Shown: positions 1 to 13,146, numbered from the stretch's first letter. The stretch is DNA of 64,000 nucleotides from Octopus sinensis (GCF_006345805.1 NC_043007.1:51212001-51276000), one strand, 5' to 3'. A program made the numbers and translations. The notes: a model not told the origin generated them from the sequence alone.

Positions 1-120
1 TTGAAGTCGGCATTATACATTTGCAGCATATTCAGAGCAAACTCGATTATCGACACACTATACTTTTTTTCATAGATTACTATGTCAAAACTTTGTTATC
101 GCGACATCAAAGTCTGCCGT

Positions 121-171
121 TTTAAGCGCAACAAAAAAACAAACCCGAGCAACGCCGGGCTATACTGCTAG
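121..171 (+). mobile_element. 3' terminus of a non-autonomous Helitron
   Basis: Hairpin CCCG-AGCAACGC-CGGG (144-159) followed by CTAG (168-171), then (TA)n; same terminus as the copy ending at 42256. Confidence 0.75.
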
Positions 172-926
172 TATATATATATAAACGCATGAGATGGGGT
201 CGGAAAGGGGAATTTCCGAGGTTCCACCCCACCCCACCGTTTTCCGCAGAAAAAATGCATTTACGACAGCTTACGAGGTCAACTAAGACGATGCACCTAG
301 AAAAACTGCGGGAAAAAATTATAATGGAGTCTGCTGTAAAACTATAAATTTAACGAATTATCTATAAGAACCATCCATAAGAACCACATAATCCAATACA
401 TACTTTCATCTATAAAATCGTAGGATGTGATTTTTATGGAGGTTTGGCTTTAATATCACCTCTCAAGATGTAAATCAACTTCTTTGATAAGCCAATCCTG
501 TGATTCGAAACTGTTGCGACAGATATGAAAAGATTTCGAGGCTATAAACTAAGCGAATCCTGCTGGTCTTAGGGTGCTTGGAAGCGATATTCCACTCTGC
601 ACAAAGTCTTACACTGATATAAATTTATCAGGGCTCCACTGAAGCTCGATACTAAACAACTTCTCCGCAAGGTATTGTTTAAGGTGGTGTCATGTATAGA
701 TATGCTTGGTTCCTCATGTCAATGCGGTGCAGCGACACTGTTGACCACAAGTGGCAGGCCTCCTTGTGAGAACAATTAAAATAAGCGTGATAAACCAGTA
801 AATTAATATTTACTAAAGAAATTCTTTTAAAATTAAACAAAATACTTTTTGAAACAACAATGAAAAAAATTGCTGTAGATTTAACAGAGATTATACTGGT
901 ATGAATGACTTGGTAAATAATAATCC

Positions 927-1370
927 TTTCTACTAAAGGCACAAGGCCTAAAATTTTGTGGGAGGGGAATAGTCGATCTTACCGACCCCAGTGTTTCACT
1001 AGATTTTAATTTAACGACCCCAAAAGGATGAAAGGTAAAGTTGACCTTGGCAGAATTTGAACTCACAACTTAAGGAGAGACGAAATGCCGCTAAGCATTT
1101 TGCCCGGTGTGCTAACGGTTCTGCCAGCTCGCCGCCTTAAACTCTGTAAATAATAATATTTTCTATTATAGACACAAGGCCTGAAATTTGGGGGAGATGA
1201 ATAACCGATTACATCGATCCCAGTAATCAACTGGTACTTAATAATCCGCAGCCGAAAGATTAAAGGCAAAGTCGACATTGGCGGAATTTGAACTCAGAAG
1301 TTAAGGACAGAGGAAATGTCGCTAAGCATTTTGCCCAGCGTGGAAATGATTCTGCGAGCTCGCTGCCTTA
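927..1370 (-). mobile_element. Two tandem copies of tRNA-derived SINE family A
   Basis: Reverse complement begins GGCGGCGAGCTGGCAGAA and contains the B-box-like GAGTTCAAATTC; homologous to about 10 other copies in the window. Confidence 0.85.
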
Positions 1371-1440
1371 AACTTATCAAATAATAATTACAATAGCATC
1401 AACAGAATTCGTTCTCACATATAAACAAATATCAGTGAAG

Positions 1441-1654
1441 GTACTTTATTTACATTATTTATATTTGACGGATATTTGTCCTCATCTTGTTTGTTGTTAA
1501 CACAATGTTTCGGCTGATATACCCTCTAACCTTCACCAGGTGACTTGGGGAAATTTCGAAACTGGGTTCGGTTCTCATAACTAAGAAATTTATCGATGTT
1601 ATTATTATTATTATTATTATTATTAATATTATTATTATTATTATTATTATTATC

Positions 1655-1685
<31 letters not shown>

Positions 1686-1765
1686 TCACTGCCTGGGCAT
1701 ATGGCGTAGTGGTTAAGAGCGCAGACTACTAACCCCAAGATTCCGAGTTCGATTCCAGGAAGTGA

Positions 1766-1820
<55 letters not shown>

Positions 1821-2004
1821 CATCGAACAATACCTTAGGGATGAGAACCCAGGTTCGAAATTTCTCCAAGACGCCTGATGAAGGCTGGACGGTATATCAG
1901 CCGAAACATTGTGTTAACAACAAACATGATGAGGACAAATATCCGTCAAATGTAAATAAGGTAAATAATGTACATAATAACTCATCTCTTAAATATAGAA
2001 CTGT
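1441..2004 (+). mobile_element. Palindromic tRNA-headed SINE-like element with a PLE-type 3' end and hammerhead
   Basis: Arms 1441-1696 and about 1755-1973 are inverted repeats; centre has A box TGGCGTAGTGG (1702-1712) and B box GAGTTCGATTCC (1745-1756); HHR at 1870-1915. Confidence 0.8.
1870..1915 (+). ncRNA. Minimal type I hammerhead ribozyme motif
   Basis: GACGC-CUGAUGA-A-GGCUG(loop)CAGCC-GAAA-CAUU-GUGUU; helix I GACGC/GUGUU; helix III reads ACAU, one change from palindromic ACGU. Confidence 0.75.
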
Positions 2005-3287
2005 ATGAGTGAAGGTGTTTCGAATCCAGCTCAGACGCAGTCTTTTGAAAATATATTCATTAGGAGTTACTCAATTAATATGAAGAAAAGAGAAACAGAA
2101 GTGTGTGTAGATAGTAATAGAGAAAGCGGCAATAAGAGGTCTGTAGGAATAAAGATCATGCTACTGTTGTTGTTGCTGCTACCCGCTGGTTTCACAACAT
2201 CTCTTGTAGGACAGAGTGAGAGGATGTAAAGAAAAGAAGAAGCACTTTTTTCAATACTACTAATATTATTGGTGACGTCGTAGTGCATCGAAAAGACTAA
2301 GGCCTCTTCTTGTAAGACCGAGGCACTGCCCAGAGATTCTATGAAGCAGTTCCATCCATTCGTCTTGTGGTGATGGACAGGAAATATAAACAATGGAAAT
2401 ATTTCGGGGGTAAACAAAGGAGGAGTCGCATAAGAGAATAAACTCAAATTATATGCAAGCAAGATGGAAATCCGTCTTAATCCGCCTTTCACGATTGTCT
2501 GAAGCAACAGTAAGGAAAAAAATAGAGTTGTTGAATGGCCTAAACAAGGACGGGGTGAAACTAAAGACAAATGGAAGCAAACGTGCTCCTACAGGCCACA
2601 TCAACAGTCTATCAGGGGCTAAATTTGAGTTCAGAAGATGGAGAAGTCTCTGAGCAAATTCGGGTAAGACATGATGGTAACGGCTGGAACGCAAATCTCC
2701 GTAAACTGATCTACAATTAAACAACAACAACAGCAACAATAACAACGGCATCAGACAGAAGAAACAGTTCCTTTGAATACAATAGTCCTTTGAATGGGAC
2801 TTTGAAGATTTGTCAATGTAATTCTGTCGTGTGTAGGATAATGAACAGCACCAGCAATATTTAAAATACACCTGGTATTTTATGTGTGTCTATGTATATA
2901 TGCGCATGTGTGTGTATGTGTGTATGTGGGGGAGAGAAAGAAAGAAAGAGAGAGAGAGTGAGTGTGTACGTGTGTGCGCAAAGAGTAAATGATACAATCT
3001 CACCAAAATGCGACTGCTATTTCTGATTCTTGTTATTCAGCCAGAAGATTTCAACCGAATTGGAATGTTTTAATGAAAGTAGAATGTGTGTGTGTGTGCA
3101 CGCGCGCGTGTGTATCTGTATATGTGTGAGTGTGTATGTGGGTGCTTGTGTATGTGTGTGTGCATGTACGTTTGTATGTATGTATATATATATACACATT
3201 GCATATTCATTTATGTGTATATAGATATACACACACGCATATATAAATATATAAACACGTATATACACATATTATGCATATGCATTG

Positions 3288-3326
<39 letters not shown>

Positions 3327-3500
3327 TATATATATATATATATATATACATATAACATATATAACACACCCAACACACTTATATACACACTGTCTCACAA
3401 ACATTGTTACACGATATATGGGCACAGAGATGCACTGATATTTAAATATATGTATATATATATATATATATAAATATATATATCTATATATATAATATAT

Positions 3501-3542
<42 letters not shown>

Positions 3543-3701
3543 TATATGAGTCTTTTAACGTATGTACATACAGACACGTGTTTATATACATACATACAGA
3601 CAAACTGTCAAACAGGCAGAATTGTAGGTAGATAGATACACAATATATATATATGTAGCATATGTATACACATATAAACGAGTGTATGTCTATGTGTATG
3701 C

Positions 3702-3752
<51 letters not shown>

Positions 3753-3941
3753 CTCTCTCTCACACACACACACATACACACACATGAGGCCAGATGTAAT
3801 CTGCGAGGCTGAGGCGACCCCAGATATGTGTACTTTTACAACAGCCATCATCTTCATCACCATCATCATCATCATCTCATCACTTCGAATCAGTCAGTCC
3901 TTCTGCTTGACTTAGGTCGGGTTTGTATAAACACTGTTGTT

Positions 3942-4076
3942 TTCTTCTTCTTCTTCTTCTTCTTCTTCTTCTTCTTCTTCTTCTTCTTCTTCTTCTTCTT
4001 CTTCTTCTTCTTCTTCTTCTTCTTCTTCTTCTTCTTCTTCTTCTTCTTCTTCTTTTTCTTCTTCTTCTTCTTCTTC
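3942..4076 (+). repeat. (CTT)n microsatellite
   Basis: Nearly pure trinucleotide tract. Confidence 0.95.
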
Positions 4077-4849
4077 TTACCCCTCCTCCTCCTTCTTTTT
4101 CTTCTCTTGTTTCTCCTCCTTCTTCATCCACAACATCGTCAACAACAACAAGATATGCCTTGGTAATGATATATTTTTTTACAACCAACATGGAATGTTG
4201 TGGATTTAGGATAGTTACTGTAAATTATTGTAGATTTGTTTTCGTAAATCTAACTTCTGCATACTCCACCATTCAGGCAAACACACAGGAGGCAGCTGGG
4301 TTGCTTCCCTACACGGTCTACTACTTACCTCAACATTCAGGGTTCACATTCCGTTCATAGTAGTTGTTCTGGGATGATGGGAGTTGACATATAGCAAAGG
4401 AGAAATTGATTTCCATCGATTTAAACGGTGATGATCCAGTTGTTTGATCTACCGGAATGCACAGTCATTGAATTAGCGTCCAAGTGGTTGAGTATCCCCA
4501 AGACACGTGTACCCTTTACGCAATTCCGAGATAGAGTTAGTGTGACACAATATGTACAACACTGTACTACCTGAGTCACTTATACAGTTTCTGTTAATCA
4601 GCCTCATTTATAAGCTTTTGTTTAACTTGAGGTGATGTTAAAAGGCCCTTGCCCAAGATTTCGCGCAGTTAAATCTAATCAGAGGCTGCGTGGCGAAACT
4701 GAATCTGCAATACAACTGTACACTTTATGCTTCTATTCACATTCCATCATTATTCTCATCACTCATATAATTTTCTATCTCTCCCTCCCCCTCTCTCTCC
4801 CTCTCCCTCTCTCTCTTTCTCTTTCTCTCTCACTCTCACTAATATATTG

Positions 4850-5090
4850 TCGTAAGAAGTTTGCTTCCCAACCACATGGTTCTGGGCTCAGTCGCATCGC
4901 AAGTTGACCGAAGCCTTGTGAGTGAATTAGGCAAAAGGAAACTGAAAGAATTCTATCGAACATATGTGTTGGTGCGTTTATAGCCTAGTGTTCTAGCGCT
5001 TCAACAAAAAGCCCGATAGAATAAATATCAAGCTTAAAAAGAACTTGTACTGATGTCGATTCGTTAGACTTTAATGTTTCTAATGACCGA
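4850..5090 (+). mobile_element. Degraded SINE family B copy
   Basis: Matches the CCAACCACATGGTTC...CCTTGTGAGTG...GGAAACTGAAAGAA...CGATAGAATAA pattern of other copies. Confidence 0.65.
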
Positions 5091-5694
5091 ACCATGTAAA
5101 AGATAAAAAATAGACATATATTTCTTTTATTCATATATATGGAATATACACAGTATAAATTTGGGAAGGCTATAGTTAATATGAGGATTCAATATGCAGT
5201 TTCCTAGAGTGTAGTTGATATCAACTAGATCTCAATTGGTCCTCTCTCTAACTCGCTACTATTTTCATTTATTCTTTCAGTCAAATTCTGCCGCTACTCT
5301 CCCCACTTCATTCCAAAAGATGTTACACCTACCCCTAACACAATATCAATAGTGTTTTCCATTTTGTACCGCCATCATTCTCTATCTCATTTACCCATTC
5401 TCAATAATTCTGTTATCATATTACCACTCTAATTTTCTCCTATTCTATTGCATAGCTTACTTTTTTCACCACTCCCCTCTTACTCCTGCTATCTCTTCCT
5501 TTCGCACCATTCCTTTTTCACTCTTTTCTATATTTCTCTGTCTGTTCGCATGATTGTCTGTCACGCACAATATACTTTTGAATATTTTGCTCTCTCTCTC
5601 TCTCTCTTTCTCTATCCCTCCTTCTCTCTCTTTCTCTCTCCCCTTCTTTCTGTATGTATGTATATATATATATGTGTGTGTGTGTGTATACATA

Positions 5695-5741
<47 letters not shown>

Positions 5742-6254
5742 GGATTCTCTCGCTGTTTTCCTTTCTTTCTCTCTCACATTATCTCTGTATCTATCTTTCT
5801 ACCACTATCTTCACCCTTTCCCATTCGGTCCTTCTCCAACCAATCTTTTTTATCTATTTAATCCAACTTCCTTATAATACTTTATCTCTGTCTTTTCACC
5901 TTTTGCATTGCAGCCATTGATTTCAACGTGACGCTAAAAGGAAAACTAGCCAACAAAAATTGAGACATGAGAATTTGTGTTAAATATATTAATATATGTG
6001 TGTATGTGTAGCCGTTAACCCACATGATTATTAATTTAACGATATTGCTGGGGCAATATGCCTCCAAAAAGTGGCATAAGATAAAATTTTATCTATATAT
6101 GTATGTGTGTGTATAAGTATAGGTGTATGCAGAACTCCTTTGAAAGCAAGTGAAAGAAAGTGAAAATATGTCCTAGGAATAGAGATAGTTTAAAGAAGAC
6201 AGAATCCAAGACAATGAGAAAAAGAGAAAAAGAAAAGAAAGAGAAGAGAAAATG

Positions 6255-6600
6255 GCCCATTCTGCTTCACTGGCTGAGTACGTATGGCAGTTCAAAAATC
6301 AAAACACTCAATACAGATTACAATGGAGCATTGTGAAATTTGCTGCCCCATACATGGAAGAACAAAAGCCGTGACGATATGGCAGCCAGAAAACAACTGA
6401 TGAAATCTTACTGTCTCACTTCTTAACAAACGAAATAGCTGATTATCAGATGCAACCACAAGATTCTTAGAATTTTCAGACTCTCTTCTAAATGAATATC
6501 GAAGCTAACAACCCAAATCATTGAAACAAGATTCTCTAAATCTGCACGCATCATTGGACTCCTATCATAAACCTATTCTCACTTGAACTACCAGATAATT
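6255..6600 (+). mobile_element. Penelope-like element 3' remnant (GIY-YIG C-terminus)
   Basis: Translates SLAEYVWQFKNQNTQYRLQWSIVKFAAPY and, across frameshifts, LLNKRN..LIIRCNHK, resembling the PLE endonuclease tail. Confidence 0.7.
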
Positions 6601-7031
6601 TTGTCTTTCTCATATTGGAGCTTTTACTGCTCTCCTCTTTGTTCGGATGGCCATATTCCTTGTGCATATATCTATGTATTCCTGTATATGTACCTATCTA
6701 TGTATGTATCTACCTAGACATATAACTATTTATTTTGCATATTTATGTACCCCTGTGAATCTGTGTAAGTATGTAGATATGCGTGTGTGTCTGTGTATGA
6801 GTGTATGTGTGTTTGTGTGTGTATTTAGATATGCATGCGCAAGTCTATATTTCTTATATGTATATGTGCTCTATTTTATGCATATATGTGCGCATGTATC
6901 TATGTTTTTGTACTTATACGTATGTATGTGTATATATGAATGTGTATATATGTCTGTGTGTGTGTGTTTGTGGGAGTTTATATCTATATATATATATTTA
7001 TGTGAACTTCTATACGATCACATATATATAT

Positions 7032-7077
<46 letters not shown>

Positions 7078-7386
7078 GAGACCACATTCATATATGATAT
7101 ATATATAGATACATTTGACTCCATATGCATGTGTATGCATATGTATGTCGATAAATATATATACATGCATGCCTCTTCATCTATATCTCTCCCGAGACAG
7201 AAAGGATGCCAATATTTATTTATTAATATATTCATTTTACATATATACATATATATGCGTGTGTGTGTGCGTGTATGTGTATACATTATTATATATGTAT
7301 GCACATGTGTGCATGTGTGCAAAAATCTGTATATAGCCAGATTGATATATGTGGTGTGGTATGTATGTATAAATGTATATATATAT

Positions 7387-7437
<51 letters not shown>

Positions 7438-7491
7438 TATATATATATACATATATATATATATTTATATACATATATATATATACATATA

Positions 7492-9109
7492 CAGTTGCGG
7501 CCAAAATGTTCAGAACGGCATTGTTTTCGTCAGAAAAGTAGGTATAAGTTTTTATCAAAGTTGTTTTATATTCTATAATTTTCACAGACAATAAAAACGA
7601 TATTATTTGTTATTGTTTGAAATTTTGGTGTAATTTGAGAGGATAATGAAAAAGTCATGGATGATTTAGTGATTTACTGCAAAACCGATGGCGACCAAAA
7701 TGATCAGAACGGTTGCTTTTACTCCATGTTTTAGTATATTTAACCGTCGAACTCTAATGTTTTGAATTTGTTTACGTGACAGTTCGTTTACTAAACATTA
7801 GTAAGAATATTTGCAGTATACTTTGTTAATATAATGCCACTTACTCCGTTACCAATTCGTCAGCAGATTATTAAGCTTCGAAAGAAGCATAATTTAAGTA
7901 TTAGGTCTATTGCAAAGATTGTTAACAAGTCAAAAAGTGTTGTTCACGGTATTCTTAAGGTCTACGATGATTGTGGTTCGTGTGAAGCAAGAAAGTCTAC
8001 AGGTAGGCCAAGGAAAACGACCAAGAGAGAAGATCGTGCTATGGTAAAGTTGGTTAAAAAGGACAGATTTAAAACTGCTGCTGCTGTTTTTCTGGAAATG
8101 AGCATTGTACTGAAGAAAACTTTATCTCGAAAAACTGTGTCTCGTCCATTAGTTGAACATGACCTACAAGCAAGAGCATCTGCAGTGAAGCTCCAAGAAT
8201 AAAAAGTGTCGTCTTACCTTTGCAACCGAATATGTGTTGTGGTCTCAAGAAAAATGGCAAACGGTGCATTTCAGTGATGAATCTAAGTCTATGTTATTTG
8301 GCTCAGATGGGAAAAAGTACGTTCGTCGAAAAGCAGGTGAAAAATTGTCACCTAAATGCCTTAAGACTAGTGTTAAATTCGGTGAAATGAAGTGTCATGG
8401 TTTGGGGGATGATACCTGGAGATGTTGTGGGCCCTTTGCTGCGATTACATGGAAAGGTAAATGCAGGAGCTTATAAACAACTTGTAAAAGATCATGTCTT
8501 GCCTGTGCTGAGAAATTCAACTAAGCGACCACCCATATTCATGCAGGACAATGCCCCATGTCACAAGGCTAAGGTGGTCATGAACTTCCTCAAGGCTGAA
8601 AAGGTTATTGTTATGGATTGGCCTGCTCAAAGCCCAGACCTCAATCCTATTGAAAATGTGTGGAATATTCTAGGAGAACGTTTGAAAGCCAGAAATCCTA
8701 AAACAACCGAGCATTTATGGAATGCCCTTCAGGAAGAATGGAATAAGATCACCCAGCAAGGAATTGAAAATTTAATTTCCCCATGCAGTCAAAAATGTCA
8801 AACTTTGATTGAAGCTAAAGGGCTTCACACTAAATATGAAATATTTCCTGCATTCTCTGTCAATTTTTGATTATTTTTTTATTTTTTCAACCGTTCTGAT
8901 CATTCTGGCCACCATGGCTTTTGCAGTAAATCACTATATCATCCATAACTTTTGTATCATCCACTCAAATTACACCAAAATCTCAGACAATACCAATTAA
9001 TATCGTATTTATTGTCCGTGAAAATTATAGAATATAAAACAACTTTAATAAAAACTATACCTACTTTCTGACGAAAACAATGCCGTTCTGAACATTTTGG
9101 CCGCAACTG
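7492..9109 (+). mobile_element. Full-length Tc1 DNA transposon (IR/DR type)
   Basis: TIRs of about 220 bp starting CAGTTGCGGCCAAAATG with a repeated internal CCAAAATG(T/A)TCAGAACGG motif; TA at both flanks; internal transposase. Confidence 0.95.
7834..8870 (+). pseudogene. Frameshifted Tc1 transposase, DD34E
   Basis: HTH and GRPRKT in 7834-8202, FSDESK, QDNAPCH...SPDLNPIEN with 34 residues between D and E; split over three frames. Confidence 0.95.
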
Positions 9110-9141
9110 TATATAACATATATTTATATATATACATATAT

Positions 9142-9213
<72 letters not shown>

Positions 9214-9387
9214 TATATATATATATATACACATGGCTGGACCAATACATGTATACTTGTGTGTATATATACATATATATATTATGTATATATATATATA
9301 TATTTATATTATATATATATATATATATATATATTTAATATATATATAATATATTATATTATATATATATATATTATATATATATAT

Positions 9388-11335
9388 GAAAAAACAAGTC
9401 AAAAATAGAAAATGCTAAAATAATTTTATAGTGAACATTTCAGTACCGGTTTCGGTCATTTTGAGACCTTTTCAACTGTAATGATTAAATAATTAAATTT
9501 AGAAAAATTAGAAGAAAAGTTTTTTTAAAGGAATATTTCTATAGTAGTGTTCAGATATAAGTGGCATTCTGCCTTTCTCTGACTCCCTTGTTTGCACTTG
9601 TGTGTTGGAGGTCGTTGTGAGTTCTTGGTAGGGTAGAGAAGAAGAGGCTGATGAGGAAAGGGGGTGGGAAAATCTGGGAGTGCCCTGATGGTCGTATTTT
9701 GAATGGTCAGTGGCGGCTAGCAGTCGCAGTTCAATTCAGGAGAATATTTCTATTGAAAGGCTTGTTTTTGGAATTTGCGTAGGTGTTATACTAAAAAACA
9801 TTAGTGACAAAGTTAAGGGGTAGAAGGTGGAGAAGTAGAAGAAGAAGAAGAAGATGACGATGTTGATGATGATGATGAAGAAGAAGAAGAAGAAGAAGGA
9901 GAAGGAGAAGATGATGATGATGATGATGGTGGTGATGATGATGACGACGATGATGATGATAATGATGATGATGAAGAAGAAGAGGAAGAAGAAGAAAAAA
10001 CAGAGAAGGGAGAATATGAATGGGTGAAAGTAGTGAGGTGTTGTATGACTTGAAGTTGGCATGTTATGGAGTATAGCTGTGATTGGGGGCTGATTAGTAA
10101 TGGATTCTTTGGAATGTAATATTTGTGTGTGTATATTTCTTTTATTCTAAAGTTGAGGCATATTAATTGTTGTCGTAGACCGTTAAGAAGTGCCTGTATT
10201 TTGTAATAAAGAGAGTTTCTTTCTTTACTTATTCGTTGTCTTGAGGTTGTATCGTCCCTAAATTGGTAGAGGGGGAAAATCCTGAGCTTGGTGTTTTTTT
10301 GTTGGCGCAAGTATCTATGTGTTGGCTAAAAGCTATTTTTCTGTTTTGGGGAATTTTTATCTGGGATCTGTGCAGGGCCATTCGTTTACGCAAACTATTT
10401 TTTGTTTGGCCTATGTACTGCTTCTTGACACCCGGAGCAGGTTAGTGAGTATATTAGGTTCTCCGAAGCACATGTGAAGTTGCTTTTCACTGTAAACCGT
10501 TGTCCCTGTTTGAAGGAGAACTCTGATCCCTCAATTAGATAGTCGCATATCCTGTAATTGGGTCTTCCACATTTTTTTACTGTCGGCTTCTGTGTTGAAG
10601 AGTGAATTCGGGCTTGTGTTAGGAGACTTTTCATGGATTTAGGCTGTCTCTCTTGCTTTTTATGATCGTGTGTGTTTGGAGGATTGTGTTCATTCTGTGG
10701 TCTTTTTTTAGGAGGGGTATGTTGTGGAGGATGGTGCCGAAGGCTTCGTTATTGAGAGGGTTGTGTGTGGAGATGTATGGTAAGGCTTTTGGTTGTAAGT
10801 TTTTCTTTGATTTGGGGTGTCTCAGTTCCTTGATGTTAAGTTGAAGGGCACGTTGAATGCACTTGTCAATAAGTGAAGGTGATAGTTCCTGGTGATAAGG
10901 GTATCTTTTAGTTCTTGTAGTCGTGTGTCTCTGGTGTTTGCGTTAGAGACTATAGTGCATATCCTTTTTGCTAGATTGAAGGGGATATTCATCCTGGTGT
11001 GTCTGGGGTGGCATGAATTGAATGGAAGATATTGCTTAGAGTCTGTAGGCTTATAATATGTCTGTTTCTATTATATTATTAGCTTTTCTTATGATATGAT
11101 CGAGAGGGGAGTTGTTGCTGGCTATATTCCATCGTGAATTGGATGTTTACGTCCAGTCCGTTAAAAATTTCCTGGAATTCTATGAGTTTTTCTATATTTT
11201 TATGCCAAAAGATGAAAAGGTCATCTAGATATCTCTTCCAGTTGTTTTCTATGTAGATGGAGAAAGGGCTGCCATATCTTTCTATAAAATTATTTTAGCA
11301 TTTTCTATTTTGGACTTGTTTTTTCATATATATCA
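9388..11335 (-). mobile_element. 5'-truncated Penelope-like element (RT C-terminus + GIY-YIG) with 5' inverted tail
   Basis: Minus strand WKRYLDDLFIFW near 11200-11240; FTCASENLIYSLTCSGC in 10395-10634; 11283-11335 is the reverse complement of 9388-9430. Confidence 0.9.
9441..9478 (-). ncRNA. Hammerhead motif, U3-A8 core variant
   Basis: CAG-UUGAAAA-GGUC(UCAAAAU)GACC-GAAA-CCGG-UA-CUG; palindromic helix III ACCGGU; lies at the PLE 3' end. Confidence 0.7.
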
Positions 11336-11363
11336 ACTCGTGTGTTCCTTTTCACCCTTATAC

Positions 11364-11402
<39 letters not shown>

Positions 11403-11499
11403 CGTATTTTAATATGATTTGCAAGATTCTTTATGTGAATTCGTGTGTTAAAACAAATCCTGTAGTGTCTTGTGAGAGTCATTCTGCCAATATAATTAA

Positions 11500-11980
11500 C
11501 ACACACACACACTGGTTCAATTCCGCTTATTTACTAAACATCCCATTGTTTTGTTTTGTGTCAAAACACTTTCGTTGGTTTTTGCAACCTTCACAGTGAC
11601 TAACTTTTTCTTTTTGCAGCCTAACATTCAAAGAAGGGGCCATCATGTTGCATCATCTAAAGTCACCTTTCTGTCAGTTGTTTGTTCCCATGCTGATACC
11701 AGTTCTGGTTTATCGAGGCGAAGAACTCGTTCAATGAAGCGTCCACCTCCTCTTGGTTGATGAAATGGTCAAGAAGGGCAAAAGAAGCACCTTTCTTGTT
11801 ATCTTCTCCCTATCTGCTTGAAACTGTTACATTGTAAGTATTGCATCATCAGTTTGAACTGTTGCATCATCTTTAGGATAGTCACTGAGAAGGTTGCAAA
11901 AAGCAATGAAAAAGATTTTACAAACAAAAACAAAACAATCAGATATTTAATAAATGAGTGGAATTGAACTAGTGTGGGTG
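11500..11980. mobile_element. MITE-like element with about 90-bp imperfect TIRs
   Basis: 11508-11600 is an imperfect reverse complement of 11880-11975. Confidence 0.65.
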
Positions 11981-12399
11981 TTAATTCTATAGGCATAATG
12001 ACTCTCCCTGGACCTAACAATATATATAAAGAGTTGGCCAAAAGTCACCTGACAGTAAATCAAAACCATTTAATTCGAAGATCTATTCATGTTTAACAAC
12101 TGAGTGAATTTAATAAAAGCATCTAAATATGAAACATCATGAAAATTGTTCAAACTGAGTCCTTCTTTCTATTCAAATCTTTCTATTCGAGTCAATACGG
12201 AATTACAGATAGTATTTATGGAAATTTGATCAACTGTCACGTGCCTTTTGGCCAGCCCTGTATGTATATATATATATACATGGTGGCTGCCCTCTCGTTA
12301 TCGAGTATGGGCATTGCACGAAGCTTAATTAATGTTGCTATCGTGCAATGCCTGTGCAAAATATATTTTTAAAGTGAGGAAAGGCTGTGCACTGAGTCA

Positions 12400-13090
12400 A
12401 TCCCACTCACTAAGCAACAGCAGCCATAATCCGAAAAGAAGAACATTCAAGTTATATATATACATATATACATACATACATACATACATACATACATACA
12501 TACATACATACATACATACATACATACATACATACATACATACATACAGATTGCATTCCCAGAATATAGAATGATACCTTTTAGTGAGCACATTGAGAAA
12601 TGCGCAAAGCAACTACTGCCACAATTTTTAATCTTCCCATTTTACCAATGTGCTTTCGGATCATCAACACAAATGAGACTGAACAAGGAAACATTCTTCA
12701 TTGAAAAGTACAAACCCAGACTCAACCATCCGAACATACTGACACAGAGAAATGAACAAGGGAAAAGGAAAAAAAAATTTAAGCGATTATCTCCCTTACA
12801 CCGGAAGAAATCACTCACTACCTCCCCTTATTTAGAAATCTCCTGAAAATAAATACAACGATAACTCCATGCAATATAAACATAACGTCACAAGAAATTT
12901 GAAAAGCTACACGCGAAACCGGTAATTTCTTTAAAAATTTTAAAATTATGTCATTTTAAGGAAAGGAAAAAAATTTTTCCAATATTCTCCAGACATTTTG
13001 ACACAAATATATATATTTTTTAACATTTAAGCCTTCTGTCGTTTTTTCACACTTTACTATTTTCTTATATATTCACCCACGTGCTTTACC
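12400..13090 (+). mobile_element. Penelope-like element 3' end interrupted by (TACA)n
   Basis: FSEHIEKC...FLIFPFYQ...MRLNKETFFIEKYKPRLN resembles the PLE GIY-YIG C-terminus; HHR follows. Confidence 0.8.
12892..12931 (+). ncRNA. Hammerhead motif, U3-A8 core variant
   Basis: AAGAAAU-UUGAAAA-GC(UACAC)GC-GAAA-CCGG-UA-AUUUCUU; perfect 7-bp helix I. Confidence 0.75.
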
Positions 13091-13109
13091 AAACAAACTT
13101 TCTTATCTA

Positions 13110-13146
<37 letters not shown>

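Noticed and set aside
1695-1765. Functional tRNA gene (also 62420-62490)
   Set aside because: Acceptor and anticodon stems do not pair; treated as SINE heads or pseudogenes
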